Of a stretch of 64,000 bases of DNA, positions 61,146 to 64,000 are shown piece by piece. The notes under the pieces were generated by a model. It was not told where the DNA came from. It worked only from the letters and a program-made list of their open reading frames with translations, and did no database searches. Each line of letters starts with the position of its first letter. Position 1 is the stretch's first letter. The DNA comes from Utricularia gibba (lineage: Eukaryota > Plantae > Magnoliophyta). The translations under genes were made by a program, and so were the position numbers. The stretch covers positions 6,076,001-6,140,000 of the forward strand of contig CM007989.1 in assembly GCA_002189035.1 (NCBI GenBank), read 5' to 3'.

Positions 61146-63280
61146 GGGACTTTGACCATATGAATGGCAACGGTACAGAGCAGGTATCCTATGTGCACCA
61201 CCACCACCACCACCACCTCGTAATAATACTATTAAATTCAGACATTCTAACCCTTCGTTTTCTAACATTAACTGCCCCAATTCATTCCAATTAACCCCTT
61301 TTTTTTATTCTTTTGTATAATAAATTAAAGCTTCTGGATTCCAAAAATACCTGGGGGAAAATGCTGAAGCTGCTTTTGTTTTGTTTTTTTTTTAAGCAAA
61401 GCAGTTTGTTTTATTAGATCCCAATCATATGTGGCTGGGGTGGGGCTGCACTCGATATAATGCCTGCTTCCTTTTACCAATGCTGTCATCATTCCACCTT
61501 CTCAATCACGTTTCATATCTATGTTAAGCATAGGTTTGTTTTTTAATAAAATAGAACCCCAAGATTTGAAGGAGTCATACGGGGGAAACAGCTCCCAACC
61601 CTAGGCCCCAATGCCGGTGTTTTAAAACAAATAATTTTTTCTTCATATTTTTGAAATTAGTTACAAATTCATTACTCCTCATATAATCATATAATATTGA
61701 AAAAATATGAATATAAAATACTATAATATATCCATTAATCAGTGAAATCACCAACACGTCGCATAGGATACTGCAGACGGTGATCAACATGGGAGGGGAC
61801 GTGTACGCTGCTGCCCATCCCACACCCACAAAAAGCCCTTTCAATATTGTTTAATCCTTTTGTTTAGTGCTCCTATTGCTTGGAATATTGAACAATGCCT
61901 GGGATTAAGCTCCTTCATGAGTACAAGACGCCTCGCCTCACTTTTCAAGATTGTCAAGGAGTCCCAATAACGCCTCCAATCAAATTCTTCTCCATTTTTG
62001 AATTTTTAAGATCACATCTTCTTAACTCCATAAAAAATATACTGTTTGTGTAAATAAGCCAAATGTGATTTTCCGATCACAATAATTGTGTTACATACTA
62101 AGAGAATAGGATGATGGTGAGGAGTTTTGTAGATTGAATGAAGGATCGGAGATGGGAAAAAAAATGGGTTGGGGTTAGAGAGAAAGGAAAGCGAAATTGT
62201 GGTGACATAAATTAGGTAGGTGCCAAGGCAGAGGCAATTCAAGCAGCAACAAGCTTGATATTTATTCCAAACCGGACGCCCAAGTATTAAATATCATACA
62301 TGCATATATATATATATATATGTGTGTGTGCATCTATGTTAGGAGATGTGACAAGGAAACCAAAATAGGAGAACACCTTTTATGGGTGGGTAATAGAATG
62401 TTCGGTAGGAAATAACTGCAGAAATTTGAACAAAAAGATCCTAAACAAGGAAGCGCATACGGTTTCCTGATCTCATTCCCTGATATGAATATCATAAAAA
62501 TAATCTGATTTTTTTTAAAAAATATTCAAATCCTTCCATCAGAATGAATGAATGGATACACACGTTCTTCGTACCAATCAGCAATGCCAAATTATTTTAC
62601 AAAAAAAAAAAAACATTTTTATATTGAAGTTGTTTTATAACATATGAATTATTTTAATATGTTGTTCAAAAAAGTGAATTAACTCACATTGGATGCCCTT
62701 CAAATTCCATACGTCAGTCAAAATCCAGATTCTAAAATGATTCTATTAATATGGTATGCCCAAACATATCTCATCGGAACTTAAAAAAAGTAAATGACTG
62801 GGACGTGCGTTTCAAAAAGGTCGTCGGCTGTCACATTGACCATTAGACATTAACCAGCATTTTTTACGAGTTTGTCGATTTGTTTGGCAGTTTGATTTAT
62901 TTGTTTATGGGTAATCATTTTTTGTTTTTCATTCATTTAAATTGGACTTATTATCAAACAATTATTTAAAATAAAATACCTTATCAAAGCATCTATTCAT
63001 ATGTTAGCTTGATCATTCATGTATTCAGTATATACTTATCACAAATTCATTTTGGGTTATGAACATGTTGAGACTTAAGCATTTACCATCCTTTTCAAAC
63101 CATGTCAATGGCATGGCGTATTTGATTAGTGATCCATATCGGTTCTCGTGTTCACAGTAATTGTAATTGGGTGGCGTGGCTGCCTGTTGGCGAAGTGCTC
63201 GATCACTCGGCGTTAAGGGAAGAGTTGGTGCTCCATTCCGTACATGGCCAAATGGTGGGGGACAGACGGAGGCCGAGTGA

Positions 63281-63316
<36 letters not shown>
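63281..63316. repeat. (AGCC)9 tetranucleotide microsatellite
   Basis: Nine perfect AGCC units. Confidence 0.95.
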
Positions 63317-63319
<3 letters not shown>

Positions 63320-63607
63320 AACCTCGACTATGGTTGAGCCTGGAAAATGAAAACACGCGGAGGACGTTCTCAAAATGTGATATTTTGGTCAAAAACATCA
63401 CTAGTGTTAGATAATGAAATTGTCAAATCAGTTTGGATGGATTTGAATGTATATAGATCATATTTTATGTTTTGGGTACAGTTTTATTAAACTCATAGAA
63501 AAACAAGAACATGAAATTTTATTTACACAAAAGAAAAAATAGATCATAAGGGGAAGATGGATAAAAATATTTCACTATACATAATCTTTAATAAACTAAA
63601 TATCTTC

Positions 63608-63761
63608 ATTCTCCAATCACCACAATGACCTAATATATAAATATCCGAATAATACAATAAACATTAATATCTTCTTATTTTTTACTCAAGAAATGATCAC
63701 CCGAAACATTTGACTATTTGTGAATAATTGAACATTGCGATTCTCCAATCACCACAATGAC
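63608..63761. repeat. 22-bp direct repeat pair
   Basis: ATTCTCCAATCACCACAATGAC at 63608-63629 and 63740-63761. Confidence 0.85.
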
Positions 63762-64000
63762 TAAAATAAAAAAAAGGTGGACGACTTCAGCAAGACTCGT
63801 CTCATTTGGAACCCAACTCTGCATTCCAAATTCATCAGTGGATTGAATTTTTCACGCAACCAAATCTCGATTTATTATTATGATTTCAGGCACAGGGGCG
63901 ATCACATGAATGTGGGAAGGGAGACACAGACAGTGCATAAAGAAACGCTAATGCGCGGAGTCCCAAATAATTGGTTCCACAACATGTCACCCAAATGTTC

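Noticed and set aside
1-64000. tRNA, rRNA, CRISPR arrays, intact LTR elements
   Set aside because: None seen. No paired intact LTRs with a target-site duplication could be identified by eye.

Overview
AT-rich plant nuclear DNA (probably a eudicot; species not determinable from the sequence). GC-richer gene islands are separated by heavily decayed transposon remnants: Ty1/copia, a chromovirus-type Ty3/gypsy, Athila-type Ty3/gypsy and MULE. Ten protein-coding genes can be modelled by hand with GT-AG splice sites: a CBSX5-like CBS-domain gene, an uncharacterised ~398-aa plant protein, a 69-aa zinc-ribbon protein, a 98-aa mitochondrial membrane protein, a 105-aa basic protein with a telo-box/site II promoter, a DUF3774 wound-responsive protein, a SPOROCYTELESS/NOZZLE (SPL/NZZ) orthologue, a DUF538 protein, a type I (M-gamma/AGL80-like) MADS-box gene and a patellin. 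The most notable observation is that SPL/NZZ carries two -1 frameshifts in exon 1. Two other genes (patellin and the 398-aa protein) each have one -1 frameshift at a short G run in the same TGGGCT context, so the window may carry systematic homopolymer-deletion assembly errors rather than real gene loss. No rRNA, tRNA or CRISPR array was seen, and no clearly novel multi-gene system is supported. Several candidate non-coding and regulatory elements merit follow-up. All family assignments come from recalled motifs, not database searches, and TE boundaries are approximate.
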